Below are positions 19,390 to 29,536 of a DNA stretch of 64,000 bases, one piece after another; position 1 is the first letter of the stretch; each line of letters opens with the position of its first letter. The stretch comes from a virus, in the IMG/VR virus record IMGVR_UViG_3300021962_007022, positions 4,245-68,244 of that record. One strand, given 5' to 3'. The position numbers and the translations under genes are program-made. Under the pieces are notes generated by a model. It had not been told where the DNA came from, did not search any database, and was given only the letters and a program-made list of their open reading frames with translations.

Positions 19390-21188
19390 TATGCCCTGAT
19401 GCCACGCGCAGAAACAGTTAGATGAACAGCTTCTACTTGAAGTACTTTATTAGCATTTGTTTCTATATCTAACTTCTTTGTTCTACCGTAAATTTCTAAT
19501 TCATTGTCTAAACCAACATCTTCATATATGATAGCGCCAATGGATATTGTACCATTGGTATAATCTACAGTACCAACTTTATCCTTTAGTAGTTGTACGA
19601 CGCCATTAACAGTAGATACAATCATTAAGTTACCTTGGGTGTCGTCTTTTATCTTAGCAAGATAATCAATATCATTTAGATTATACGTAAACAAAGATGA
19701 CTCAATTGTAGCAGTTGTATCTTCATAGATTTTTCTTGATGTGGATACTTCTCTCTTCAATTCATTTTCAAATGAGAAAGCAATTCTGAATGGAATACCT
19801 GTATCAACCTCAACATTCTTAATAATTCTTAGTTCTGTATTATTACTAATGATAGCAGCTTCTGAATCATCAATTGCCTTGACAAGTTTTGAGTATCTAA
19901 GATCAGAACCAAACTTGGCAAGATTGGCATCACCAAAATTGAGAATAGTTGATTCGACAAGAGCCTCAATATCTCTTTGTGATCTTGTTGTTTCGTTAAT
20001 ATTATATAGAACTTCTGTCACAACTTCTGCAAAGAAGTATTCTGGATCTACAACAACTGGATCAATAGAAATAGCAGATCTTTCTTTTAAGAAATTATAA
20101 ATCTGTGTCTTCAATGGTGTAGGCAACTTGATACCACCAATTGGTTTAGCTGCAACAATTACCTTACCATATTGCTTAGGTTCTGTCTCTTCACCACCAT
20201 ATGCTGTGACAATTTCTAGGGATGGAAATGCTTGCTTTGTTAGAGCAATATAATCTTCTACTGTGACAGCTCTATTCTGAGTAGGGAAGTAACGAGGCGC
20301 ATTGAACTTGATTTCATCATCTGTCTCGTGCTCTGAACCTGATGCAGCAGCACTAACTGTTGCTATTGCTATAGTAGAATAACCCTGAATAGCATTTGGA
20401 GCAGTAAATGCTTCAACACCATTTGCATCAATACCATTTGTTTCTCTATAGTTTATAGTAACTAAATTACCATCTGTAAGTTCTTTACCAATATCACCAT
20501 TACCAAAAACAAGCTCGTATAGATGGTCTTCAGCACCCTGTATAAAGTAAATGTTGTCTGTGTTGTTTAGACCAAATAGGAAGGTTTCTCTGTTATACTT
20601 TGTTTCTGTCGTTGCAGTGTTTGATTCTCTGATGGTAACATTAATTGAATTGATATCTACGTTTGCAGACTGTAGTAGATAGCGCGATGATGCGTTTGCC
20701 ACAAATACTTCTTTAACAATATTGCCTTCGTAAACAGCAACATTTGAAACCGCATAGACGCCATCTACAGGTCTAACAATAATCGTTTCATCGGTTGTAA
20801 AGAAGTAGGTTGTATTATCATCTGTCCTACCATTGATCTCATAATATTTTGGAATTGTAATAGAATCAGGAGCATCGCTAGGTGTAATAGTAATGTTAAC
20901 ATAGGCAACAGCAGCTGTTCTAGAACGTGGCGTATAGTTTAGTTCTTTAGCATGTGAAACAATTGATTCTCTAAGCTGAGCTGTATCTAAGAACATTTCA
21001 CTACCAACAAGATTTAGATACACACCATTCATGAAGGTATTGTAAGCAAGAAGATCCAGCAATACAGATAGGTTCGAGCCTTCAAAATCGTAATCTTGGA
21101 ATTGATCCTGCTGTGACAGGAATGTTCTTAGGCTAGTCTTATAGTTTTGTAAATCTAGCTCAGAAGTTGTTAGGAATCCATTTGCCAT
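19389..21188 (-). CDS. gp6: Baseplate wedge subunit gp6
   Basis: DYDFEGSNLSVLLDLLAYNT, FLDTAQLRESIVSHAKELNYTPRS, QNRAVTVEDY motifs. Confidence 0.92.
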   Translation of the reverse strand: MANGFLTTSELDLQNYKTSLRTFLSQQDQFQDYDFEGSNLSVLLDLLAYNTFMNGVYLNLVGSEMFLDTAQLRESIVSHAKELNYTPRSRTAAVAYVNITITPSDAPDSITIPKYYEINGRTDDNTTYFFTTDETIIVRPVDGVYAVSNVAVYEGNIVKEVFVANASSRYLLQSANVDINSINVTIRESNTATTETKYNRETFLFGLNNTDNIYFIQGAEDHLYELVFGNGDIGKELTDGNLVTINYRETNGIDANGVEAFTAPNAIQGYSTIAIATVSAAASGSEHETDDEIKFNAPRYFPTQNRAVTVEDYIALTKQAFPSLEIVTAYGGEETEPKQYGKVIVAAKPIGGIKLPTPLKTQIYNFLKERSAISIDPVVVDPEYFFAEVVTEVLYNINETTRSQRDIEALVESTILNFGDANLAKFGSDLRYSKLVKAIDDSEAAIISNNTELRIIKNVEVDTGIPFRIAFSFENELKREVSTSRKIYEDTTATIESSLFTYNLNDIDYLAKIKDDTQGNLMIVSTVNGVVQLLKDKVGTVDYTNGTISIGAIIYEDVGLDNELEIYGRTKKLDIETNANKVLQVEAVHLTVSARGIRA

Positions 21189-21189
21189 A

Positions 21190-21612
21190 TTATCTTACCC
21201 TCTCTAGGGCAACCTCAAGCGTCTGGGGCTGCTCAACTGAGTTAATTCTGAATTGTATTGTTACTTCGTAAGAATTTCTATCATAATCTGGCGTGGCAAC
21301 TACCTTATCGAGGATTGCCCTAGGCTCATAATTTTTTATTGTGTCTGTTATATAATCTTCTAAAACTGTAGTCGTCATTGATGACATTGGCTCAAACAAC
21401 AACGCTCTAATATTGCCGCCAATTTCGGGATCTAGAAGTCTTTCATATCTGTTGGTCAATATAAGACTTTTTACAGATCTCTTAACACTATCAACCTCAG
21501 TAATTCTATTAAGATCACTATTGAAAGGATTTCTGCCAAAGTTCATACTCAAATCAGAGTATCTGACATTCTTCTTAATAAATGTTGAAGTTGTTTTTGT
21601 GTAACTAGACAT
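21190..21612 (-). CDS. gp25: Baseplate wedge subunit gp25
   Basis: YSDLSMNF, VKRSVKSLILTNRYERLLDPEIGGNIRALLFEP, NYEPR. Confidence 0.92.
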   Translation of the reverse strand: MSSYTKTTSTFIKKNVRYSDLSMNFGRNPFNSDLNRITEVDSVKRSVKSLILTNRYERLLDPEIGGNIRALLFEPMSSMTTTVLEDYITDTIKNYEPRAILDKVVATPDYDRNSYEVTIQFRINSVEQPQTLEVALERVR

Positions 21613-21633
21613 ATAAAACCTCTATATCAAGGT

Positions 21634-21641
21634 TATTTATA
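21634..21641 (-). promoter_or_regulatory. T4-type late promoter TATAAATA upstream of gp25
   Basis: Exact TATAAATA in the short intergenic gap, followed by GAGG RBS. Confidence 0.7.
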
Positions 21642-21968
21642 TTAACCATTTGCAAAGACATTTGGTGAGCCTTCAGTGATTGTATTCTGCTCAGGTGTAC
21701 CCGTAGCGTAGTGGTCGTCCTTTCTTCCTATCTCCTTACCACCTATAAAGACGTTTGGAGAGTATTTGTCAAGGACTGACTCGTCAGGCTCACAGCCCTT
21801 TTTTTTATGTGGGGCTATCTTATTACCTTTTACAACAATTAGTCTATTGTTTGCCAATACAGAACTAGAATTAACTTCACCTACAGCTGTATCAACTGGA
21901 TTACCGCAGCGTGTGCCTACCCCCGTTGGGGAATATACCTTATCGTCTTTTCTGGCTACAGCACTCAT
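21642..21968 (-). CDS. PAAR-repeat spike tip protein (gp5.4-like)
   Basis: AVARKDD, VLANN, GRKDD, ITEGSPNVFANG; directly after gp5. Confidence 0.85.
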   Translation of the reverse strand: MSAVARKDDKVYSPTGVGTRCGNPVDTAVGEVNSSSVLANNRLIVVKGNKIAPHKKKGCEPDESVLDKYSPNVFIGGKEIGRKDDHYATGTPEQNTITEGSPNVFANG

Positions 21969-23650
21969 CCTAGTTTCTGTCCAGGCTTCAGGTCAACAAA
22001 CTTGTTACGAGCATGGATTCTTGGAACACTCCATGTTGCCATTGGAAGGGCATGCTTAGCCCCATCTGCATAGGCAATATGCAACCAGCCAGGACCACCC
22101 CCATTCAGATTATATTCTAAGAAAAATTGCTTAGAAATTTTACCAACAATTGGATATATTTTAAGTGCAGCTTCATAAGCTGACATACCAAAGACATTAA
22201 AATCTACGGCTCGGCCTGTATTGTGGTCCGACTTGTTGTTTGTTCCACCACCAGAAAGCTTAACGTCTGGTGTTCTAAAGCCTGAGGTTATTGATACTCT
22301 AAATCCTGCAGCTACAATTGGTTCCATAATATTCTCAGCATGCTTAACAATATTACATAGAATATCTGCTGCAGTGAGACCTCCTTGATCCCTCAACCTT
22401 CTTGTTCCATTTTGCGTGTAGTCCGCTAATGTAAAGTTTTTGGACACCTTTACTTTCTTATAATCATCAAGTAGAATAATAGAACCACATTTAACGTTTT
22501 TGTTTTCACCACCAGCGGGTGGTGTATCAGAAGCACCTTCAACTGGTGGTGTGTTATCGGCTGGAATCAATCCATTTGATACAATAACATTGTTATATTC
22601 CTCTAATGATTTTTCGACATCATCATCAAACGCATATACTTCAAATACGGTTGGGCCACCAGCCTCTGATTTAGTAATACTTTCTGGTGCTCGAATTGCT
22701 CCAAGGGGTTTAGCTGTTGGTCTATTGAAATGAACCTCACTACCCTGTAATTCAACTGTACCACCTGAATAAACAATTGTTCCACCACCCGTGTCAATGT
22801 TTGTGGCACCACCAACTGCTACATCAAAGTTGCCACCAATATCCATTTTTAGATTACCACCAACTCTCCAGGTAGCATCTCCACCTGTGGATATATTTGT
22901 ATCAGTACCTGATAAAATATTAACATTACCAACAACCGATAGATTCATATTTCCACCGGCATAAACATTCTCGTTATTAAAAATAACTTGGTAACGATCT
23001 TGGGCCCCTCTATGGACAATAGAACCATCTGGGTGGAATTCAATAAACGATCCTTTCCTATGGAATATTTGTACTCTCTCTGCTCCAGGAGTATCATCCA
23101 TTTCAAAGACATGACCCCCATCTGTTTCCATAACATGGTTAGCTGGATATCTTGCATCAAACTTTGACTCGGGCTCTGCAAACTTAGTACCATCAGCAAT
23201 TGGTACGCCTGATGTTGCAGTTGACCTTGAAAAAGCTACAGCATTTCTGTCTGGTGTTCCAGCCTCACCTCTAGCATGTCTGGGATTTGTTCCTTCTCCA
23301 GGAAATCTTGGATGGATGCCTTGTGGGTCATAGAACCCTTCGTTTGGATTTGCTGGTTCACCTGGCTTACCTACCATTGAACCAAAAACTATTGGTTGCT
23401 GAGCCTGTTCTCCATCTACAAAAAATCCAACAACCCAATCGCCTTGGTTAACCATTGGAGATGACATCTGAGCTGTGGAAGAAATGAATGGAGCCCAAGG
23501 CAGATCAGCAGTTGGCATTAAAGTCTTATCTGCTGTGTGGTAACCGATACAGCGGACTCTCACTCTATTGAGGCTTTCTGGGTCATTAATGTCTTCAACA
23601 ACACCCATGAACCAAACCATATTTTTAAAATTTGATTGACCTGTTTCCAT
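21965..23650 (-). CDS. gp5: Baseplate central spike gp5 with C-terminal peptidase M15 domain
   Basis: OB-fold WFMGVVEDINDP..RVRVRCIGYH, LPWA, GDWVVGFFVDG; YPANHVMET.GGHVFEMDDTPGAER; beta-helix repeats; SKNFTL, ITSGFR, SDHNTGRAVDF, WLHIAY (M15). Confidence 0.88.
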   Translation of the reverse strand: METGQSNFKNMVWFMGVVEDINDPESLNRVRVRCIGYHTADKTLMPTADLPWAPFISSTAQMSSPMVNQGDWVVGFFVDGEQAQQPIVFGSMVGKPGEPANPNEGFYDPQGIHPRFPGEGTNPRHARGEAGTPDRNAVAFSRSTATSGVPIADGTKFAEPESKFDARYPANHVMETDGGHVFEMDDTPGAERVQIFHRKGSFIEFHPDGSIVHRGAQDRYQVIFNNENVYAGGNMNLSVVGNVNILSGTDTNISTGGDATWRVGGNLKMDIGGNFDVAVGGATNIDTGGGTIVYSGGTVELQGSEVHFNRPTAKPLGAIRAPESITKSEAGGPTVFEVYAFDDDVEKSLEEYNNVIVSNGLIPADNTPPVEGASDTPPAGGENKNVKCGSIILLDDYKKVKVSKNFTLADYTQNGTRRLRDQGGLTAADILCNIVKHAENIMEPIVAAGFRVSITSGFRTPDVKLSGGGTNNKSDHNTGRAVDFNVFGMSAYEAALKIYPIVGKISKQFFLEYNLNGGGPGWLHIAYADGAKHALPMATWSVPRIHARNKFVDLKPGQKLG

Positions 23651-23651
23651 A

Positions 23652-25016
23652 TTATTGTCTTTGTTTAATTAAGTTGCTATTGGTGTCTCTTCTAAAGTTT
23701 GAGATATCAAGCTCATACCCATCCTTAAATAAATCAATAACTGTTTCATAGGTTCCAGCATCTATAACAATATGCTTAACACTACCAACTAAAAATTTAC
23801 CATTTAAAAATGGGTCTCGTTGTTCTATATCAGATGGATCAGCCTGGGCAGCTTTAAGTTCAATTATGTCGCCCGGTTTAATTTTTGGATTACCAAGCAC
23901 TCTACAAGATATAACAGTCTGATTCATTAATTGATATTGTGCCTGGGTAGGCCCTCTTTTGAGAGTAATAAAATCTTCTTGTTGATCATAAGATTTGCTA
24001 CTGCATCTTGGAAAGACGTTCTGCTCTTCATCTGTTGTACGCTGCTCATCTCCAACAAGATTGTCAATTTCATCCATATCAAACTTTAAATTCTCACCCA
24101 TTAATAATATATCTTTAAAGTTATCCTTGAGTTTAAATGTTTTCTTTTCAATCTTTCTTGATATAAAATCAAAGGTTAGCGTTTGGTTTTCGAGCACACC
24201 CTCATTAAGCTTCTGACTATGATTATCTGTAGTCTTGACTTCAAACTCAAGAATTCTAAAATAATCTAGGTCCTCAGATTCTTCACTTCTATTTTTATCA
24301 GCAGGAATAATATAATTAAATGTGTTAGCATCCTGAACTATCTTTCTTAGAGACTTATATACAACACCCTGTCTTGTTTCATAGAAGAAAAAATTATTAT
24401 CTCCAGCTTTGTTTGCTGGTGATACTGCCTGGCTGTTTATTCTTTCAATTACATCAAAGGGTTGTAGAGAAGAAGCTGATATGTTTAAAACACCAAATGT
24501 TTCTTCAATATTGTTTGCACTGACTTTACCTGGTTCAAGATCAAAAAATTTATCACAAATCTGTTGTATAATTTCTGACGCTTTACCATTGAATGATCTT
24601 TTAATTTTTGTTTTTAGGGCCATAAACCCAATTTTAGATACAGCTCTAAATGTAAAAATTTCACCTTTGCCACTGACAAGTCTTGTACTGCCACTCACTG
24701 ACTCAATATAAAACTCACCAGAAATAATATCATCTAAGGAATCTTCTGGTTGTTTAAATAAGTCAATTCTAATAATATCGCCAGCCTGTATGCCAATTGT
24801 TTTTACAAAACCAGCACCATCAAAGATCTGTCCTTCAACATACATAAATTTTGAGAACATACCTTCAAATAAAGAAAACCTCTGAAGGTATGTTGTAAAA
24901 TTAAATTGAGCTTTAGAATTATTTGTATTTTTAATTAATAACGCCTTATAGCCAAATTGGTCAACCTGCTTGTTATTAATAATAAATGGCTGGGCCACAA
25001 CATCCTGTGCTATCAT
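23652..25016 (-). CDS. Baseplate hub protein (gp27/late-control-D-like)
   Basis: FFFYETRQG, VLGNPKIKPGDIIEL, NGKFLVGSVKH; position between gp53 and gp5. Confidence 0.6.
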   Translation of the reverse strand: MIAQDVVAQPFIINNKQVDQFGYKALLIKNTNNSKAQFNFTTYLQRFSLFEGMFSKFMYVEGQIFDGAGFVKTIGIQAGDIIRIDLFKQPEDSLDDIISGEFYIESVSGSTRLVSGKGEIFTFRAVSKIGFMALKTKIKRSFNGKASEIIQQICDKFFDLEPGKVSANNIEETFGVLNISASSLQPFDVIERINSQAVSPANKAGDNNFFFYETRQGVVYKSLRKIVQDANTFNYIIPADKNRSEESEDLDYFRILEFEVKTTDNHSQKLNEGVLENQTLTFDFISRKIEKKTFKLKDNFKDILLMGENLKFDMDEIDNLVGDEQRTTDEEQNVFPRCSSKSYDQQEDFITLKRGPTQAQYQLMNQTVISCRVLGNPKIKPGDIIELKAAQADPSDIEQRDPFLNGKFLVGSVKHIVIDAGTYETVIDLFKDGYELDISNFRRDTNSNLIKQRQ

Positions 25017-25552
25017 ACTTTATTGACCTTCTTCAACACCCTTTCCAGCTCAAATGATACATCGACTACTACTGATCTATCGAGAAGTTTAATTTTTCTT
25101 TTTTCTTCGTTCAGAATAAGTTCATAATTATAATTAGATATTGGCTGCCATCCTGTTCTTTCCCCAGCCGAGATATTGTCATACGTTGTTTTTGTCATAT
25201 AGTATGAATAATTAGAATTACGATAGTATAAACTCAACGATATGTTCATTGCTGTAGCAATACTACCATACTTCTTTACAATGTACTCATCAAAAATGCT
25301 ATCGTCCATTGGCCAATCGTAGTATGGATCAACAATATCATTTACTAAAAAAATTAACCAAACATATTCCACTGATCCATAATAATCGTAAGCAAGAGAC
25401 GTTGGTGTCTCTCCTGCTTTGATAGTATATGGGTAGTAGGCATCATAAGATTGAATTAGGTTCTTACCAATTTTAGCTTTAAGAATTATGTTCCTTAAAG
25501 CATGCTCATTATATTGAACAACAGGAAAATTTTTAAAATAGTTTACTGCCAT
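25013..25552 (-). CDS. gp53: Baseplate wedge subunit gp53
   Basis: YFKNFPVVQY, GETPTSLAYDYYGS..YVWLIFLVNDIVDPYYDWP, NEEKRKIKLL. Confidence 0.88.
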   Translation of the reverse strand: MAVNYFKNFPVVQYNEHALRNIILKAKIGKNLIQSYDAYYPYTIKAGETPTSLAYDYYGSVEYVWLIFLVNDIVDPYYDWPMDDSIFDEYIVKKYGSIATAMNISLSLYYRNSNYSYYMTKTTYDNISAGERTGWQPISNYNYELILNEEKRKIKLLDRSVVVDVSFELERVLKKVNKV

Positions 25553-26577
25553 TAGGTACCCCCACCATTTAAGTATCTTTGAGTTGGGTTATCTACACCA
25601 GATCTTAGTTTGTTACCAGGTTGCTCAGCACTTGGTAATGACTCAGCTCCTTCTGGTGACTGTGGACCACTTAAATTGTCCATGTTATTAAATTCAGCTT
25701 GGTATGATGATCTCGTTAGCTGTTCAATTTCACTCAACTCAATCTGTAGTTCAACAGCCTGTGGGGCACCAACTAGTTTACTTTCTGCTGTATTCTTAAA
25801 GAACGATGGCACATTCTGGGGTGCGTAGTTGACTTGAATTCTTTTGATTACACATCTCGCAAAACCATATAATGCGTTTGTACCAAAGAACAATACATCT
25901 ACTTCATCTGGCATGCTAAGAAATGTACTACTTGCTGAACCACCAGGTAGGGCGTGAAACTTTAATTCACTTATAATCTTTGCAATCATTACTGAGTCTT
26001 CAGGTGTTTCTGGTGTAAGCCTAAATGTGAAATTGTGTTGTCTGATCTCGACATTCTTAAAGATGGCAGTCTGGAATGGATTAGGAACATTGCCAGCGTT
26101 AAGATTTAACAATCCACTTACAGAACCTGATACTTGTGCAAGAGATCTAATCACATACTCAGCTGTGCCGCCGGGGGTGACGCCTCCACTATCTTTACCC
26201 TCTGCCTGGGTTTCTTGGGTACTCATAAAGCTTTTGATAGCTTCTCCTGTCTTGGCACCTGCTGCAAACCCCACTGCAGCCAATCCTAAATCAGCAGTTT
26301 CATAGTTGATGCCAATACTATCAACAAGGTTTTCTGGTAACGGTAAGGCAATGTGAGCTTGAGTAACATCAGTTGCAATTGTAGACTTCCCGCCAGGTCC
26401 GCCATAAGTGAATTTCTTGAAAGCAAACAACATTCCCATTCCTAACTTCTCTGGCGCAGCTGGAAAGTGTAATAAAGCGTCCCCGCCTCTACCGCGTGAT
26501 CCTGAGCCTCTTCCGGCTCTATCTGCTGCCAAAACAACATTGGGATTGTTTGATTTTGAAGGACCTGAGCTAGCCAT
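25552..26577 (-). CDS. gp48: Baseplate tail-tube cap (gp48-like); likely start MASS at 26577
   Basis: IALPLP, NPFQTAIFKNVEIRQHNFTFRLTP, CVIKRIQVNYAP, ELSEIEQLTR. Confidence 0.75.
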   Translation of the reverse strand: MASSGPSKSNNPNVVLAADRAGRGSGSRGRGGDALLHFPAAPEKLGMGMLFAFKKFTYGGPGGKSTIATDVTQAHIALPLPENLVDSIGINYETADLGLAAVGFAAGAKTGEAIKSFMSTQETQAEGKDSGGVTPGGTAEYVIRSLAQVSGSVSGLLNLNAGNVPNPFQTAIFKNVEIRQHNFTFRLTPETPEDSVMIAKIISELKFHALPGGSASSTFLSMPDEVDVLFFGTNALYGFARCVIKRIQVNYAPQNVPSFFKNTAESKLVGAPQAVELQIELSEIEQLTRSSYQAEFNNMDNLSGPQSPEGAESLPSAEQPGNKLRSGVDNPTQRYLNGGGT

Positions 26578-26584
26578 ATAAATA
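26577..26584 (+). promoter_or_regulatory. T4-type late promoter TATAAATA upstream of gp4
   Basis: Exact TATAAATA 5 nt before gp4 ATG at the divergence point. Confidence 0.7.
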
Positions 26585-26589
26585 CCTAT

Positions 26590-27033
26590 ATGAGTTATAA
26601 GGGGCGTTATAAAGTCAAAAATCCACAAAAATACAAAGGTGACCCCACCAATGTTATTTATCGTTCATCTTTGGAACTAAAATTGATGAACTATCTGGAT
26701 ACACATCCTGATGTTTTAGAGTGGTCAAGTGAAGAGTTCTTTGTGCCATATCTATCACCAATTGATGGTAGATACCATAGGTACTTCCCTGACTTTAGTG
26801 TTAAGAGACGAGATAAGAATGGCAATGTTGATAGGATTGTTATAGAAATTAAACCATCTTCTCAAACAAGGCCACCAGAGAAGAAAAGTAGGATAACACC
26901 AAGATATATTCATGATGTTAAGAACTGGGGAATCAACAATGCTAAATGGAAGGCTTGTCAGGAGTTTTGCGACGAGAGGAAATGGAAGTTTCAGATACTA
27001 ACTGAACGAGAGATTAATGGCTACAACTACTAA
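26590..27033 (+). CDS. gp4: Head completion nuclease gp4
   Basis: YKGRYKVKNPQKYKGDPTNVIYRSS, WSSEE, HRYFPDF, IEIKP, NNAKWKA. Confidence 0.92.
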   Translation: MSYKGRYKVKNPQKYKGDPTNVIYRSSLELKLMNYLDTHPDVLEWSSEEFFVPYLSPIDGRYHRYFPDFSVKRRDKNGNVDRIVIEIKPSSQTRPPEKKSRITPRYIHDVKNWGINNAKWKACQEFCDERKWKFQILTEREINGYNY

Positions 27034-27622
27034 CATTCCTGGATTTCAAAAGCTTCTAATGGAAGCTGAGAGGGATGGTATTGTATTAGATAATTCAGCT
27101 GAGTCTCTAGCATGGCTAAAGCAGAAGTATGTTGGACTTTCTCCTAGAGATGTTTTACCTAAAGAGTTTATTAAAGATATTGACAGGTATAGAAGAGTGC
27201 CATTGATTGGTAGACTATACATGTTTTTATATAAACCTAAATATAAAGATGAATTGCCATACTATGATAGATTTCCACTAGTGTTTCCAATAAGAAGAGT
27301 TGCTGGTGGATTCTATGGTTTGAATATTCATTATCTTGCTCCAAGATATAGAGCACTTTTAATGGATTCTCTATATAATACAATTAGTAATACAAAGTTT
27401 GATGAGACAACAAGGCTGAAGATCACTTATGATATACTTAACTCAGCATCTAAATATAGATGGTTTAGGCCTTGTGTAAAGCATTATTTGACACCACATT
27501 TATCATCACAACTACTTTATATTGACCCTAAGGAATGGAACCTAGCTTTATTTGTTCCATCAGAACAGTTTAGGGGTGCTAACAAGAGAGATGTCTGGCA
27601 AGATTCAAAAGAGATGTTTTAA
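27017..27622 (+). CDS. gp2: DNA end protector protein gp2
   Basis: GRLYMFLYKPKYKDELPYYDRFPLVFP, GLNIHYL, PCVKHYL. Confidence 0.9.
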   Translation: MATTTNIPGFQKLLMEAERDGIVLDNSAESLAWLKQKYVGLSPRDVLPKEFIKDIDRYRRVPLIGRLYMFLYKPKYKDELPYYDRFPLVFPIRRVAGGFYGLNIHYLAPRYRALLMDSLYNTISNTKFDETTRLKITYDILNSASKYRWFRPCVKHYLTPHLSSQLLYIDPKEWNLALFVPSEQFRGANKRDVWQDSKEMF

Positions 27623-28626
27623 TGGCATTCAACATAGAAAAATTTAAATCAGAAACTAATGGTGGCTTTATTAAGCCATCAAACTTCTTAGTTTATATTC
27701 TGCCTCCAATCTGGGCTCTGAACACAGAGTATGATTACAATTTAGCCTATCTAACATCAGCCACGTCGCTTCCTGGTATGCAAATTCTTACTCAAGAAGC
27801 TAGAATTTATGGTGCTGGGCCAATTGTTAAAATGCCATATGACATTGCCACAACAGACATCACAATGACGTTTTATGTTGACGCAGATGGTATTTCAATT
27901 AATTATTTTTATGAGTGGTTAAGAAACGTTGTCAACCTAAGTCACGATCAGCAGGAAGTGAGATCAGGAGCCTTCAGTAACCAGGTTGCCTATAGAAGCT
28001 GGTACTCGACAAAAATTGATATCATGTTGTTTAATGATAAGCCAGGTGGTGATCCAGGATCTCCTCAGGATGCCGCATTGGCAATATACACATTGTTTGA
28101 TGCTTATCCTATCAACATTTCTGAGCCAAGTTTAAGTTGGCAATCTGGTAATGAAATACTACAATTCAATGTAACATTCTCGTATAGATCATTCGAGAGA
28201 ACAGTTGTCAACCTACCAGGTAAAAGAAGTATCAATATTCCACAAGTTCCAGTTCCTCCAGATGTTGGTGCCGCCCCTGCAAGACAAGTACCAGTTCCTC
28301 CAGTACTTTCACACGAACCACCCCAGACAACCTCAAGACAGTCAGGTAAGGCATTTACAAATCCGAAACTTCAAGCTGTTAACGACTTTGCAAGAAGCTT
28401 GAGAGATGGCGCAATGAAGGTTCGTACTGAGTCTGTCTCTAAGGTCAATGACGTCAGAAAGGCAACAATGGGTAATGAATTTGTCCAGGCTGGTATTAAC
28501 ATTCTTAATACTGCTAACGAAATAAAGAGCACATTGGGGTCTCTAAAACAATTAAACACTTCGCTAAAGAAGGGTCTCATACAAGATCTTAAAGGTGCAG
28601 TGAAGGGTAAAATCCCAGGTTTATAA
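27622..28626 (+). CDS. Baseplate-tail tube initiator (gp54/gp19-like) with Pro-rich C-terminal extension
   Basis: SLPG, DITMTFYVD, FDAYPINISEPSLSW, FNVTFSYR; synteny. Confidence 0.7.
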   Translation: MAFNIEKFKSETNGGFIKPSNFLVYILPPIWALNTEYDYNLAYLTSATSLPGMQILTQEARIYGAGPIVKMPYDIATTDITMTFYVDADGISINYFYEWLRNVVNLSHDQQEVRSGAFSNQVAYRSWYSTKIDIMLFNDKPGGDPGSPQDAALAIYTLFDAYPINISEPSLSWQSGNEILQFNVTFSYRSFERTVVNLPGKRSINIPQVPVPPDVGAAPARQVPVPPVLSHEPPQTTSRQSGKAFTNPKLQAVNDFARSLRDGAMKVRTESVSKVNDVRKATMGNEFVQAGINILNTANEIKSTLGSLKQLNTSLKKGLIQDLKGAVKGKIPGL

Positions 28627-28646
28627 TTTAACAATTGAGGTGCATT

Positions 28647-29345
28647 ATGCCATTACCAAAGATTAGTCAACCAATATTTCAACTTACATTACCATCTACA
28701 GGTAAAGTAATCCACTATAGACCATTCACAGTTAGAGAGGAAAAGCTTCTTCTAATGGCGCAAGAGTCAGGTGAAAGAAAGGATATTGTCAATGTATACA
28801 AACAGCTTATCAACAATTGTGCTATTGATCCAGTAGATGTTGATGGTTTGGCTGCAATTGATCTTGAATACTTTTTTGTTTGTCTAAGAGCAAAGTCTGT
28901 CTCAAACATCTCTAAGGTCCAAGTCAAGGATAAGGATGATGGTAAGTTCTATGAAGTGGAAATTAACTTAGACAAAGTCCAGGTTGAAAAGAAAGCTGAT
29001 GTTAGCAACAACATTAAGTTGACTGAGTCAATTGGTGTCGTATTGCGTTATCCTACTTTCCAGACATTGGCTAAAATTGGTGCTAATGAAAACAAGACTG
29101 ATTCCACTCTAGCTGTTCTAAGAGGTTGTGTCGCCCAAGTATATGAAGGCGAACAAGTATTTGATACAGTTAATTACTCTGAAAAAGAACTAGATGAATT
29201 TATTCTATCCCTCAGTGTCCAGCATGTAGAGAAGATCCAGGAATTTTTTGAATCAATGCCTAAACTTGTATATCATGCAAAGTATGTAACAGAAGAAAAG
29301 GTAGTTAAAGAACTAACAATTGAGGGCCTCGAGAATTTTTTCTAG
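28647..29345 (+). CDS. gp26: Baseplate hub subunit gp26
   Basis: MPLPKI...LPSTGK..YRPFTVREEKLLLMAQES, LRAKSV, FFESMPKL, IEGLENFF; GAGG RBS. Confidence 0.9.
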   Translation: MPLPKISQPIFQLTLPSTGKVIHYRPFTVREEKLLLMAQESGERKDIVNVYKQLINNCAIDPVDVDGLAAIDLEYFFVCLRAKSVSNISKVQVKDKDDGKFYEVEINLDKVQVEKKADVSNNIKLTESIGVVLRYPTFQTLAKIGANENKTDSTLAVLRGCVAQVYEGEQVFDTVNYSEKELDEFILSLSVQHVEKIQEFFESMPKLVYHAKYVTEEKVVKELTIEGLENFF

Positions 29346-29347
29346 TA

Positions 29348-29536
29348 ATGGCTGGGTATAGCAACCTAGCCAATTACTATCAAACAGTGTTTGCGTTATG
29401 CCAACACCATAAATATTCTATTAGTGATGTTGAAGATCTTTTGCCATTTGAACGTGATATTTACGTTGCTATGCTTGTTGATTATATCGAGAAAGAAAAG
29501 GAACGATTGCGTAAATCAGGATATAAAGACGTATAA
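29348..29536 (+). CDS. gp51: Baseplate hub assembly catalyst gp51
   Basis: YYQTVFALCQHHKYSISDVEDLLPFERDIYVAML. Confidence 0.85.
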   Translation: MAGYSNLANYYQTVFALCQHHKYSISDVEDLLPFERDIYVAMLVDYIEKEKERLRKSGYKDV

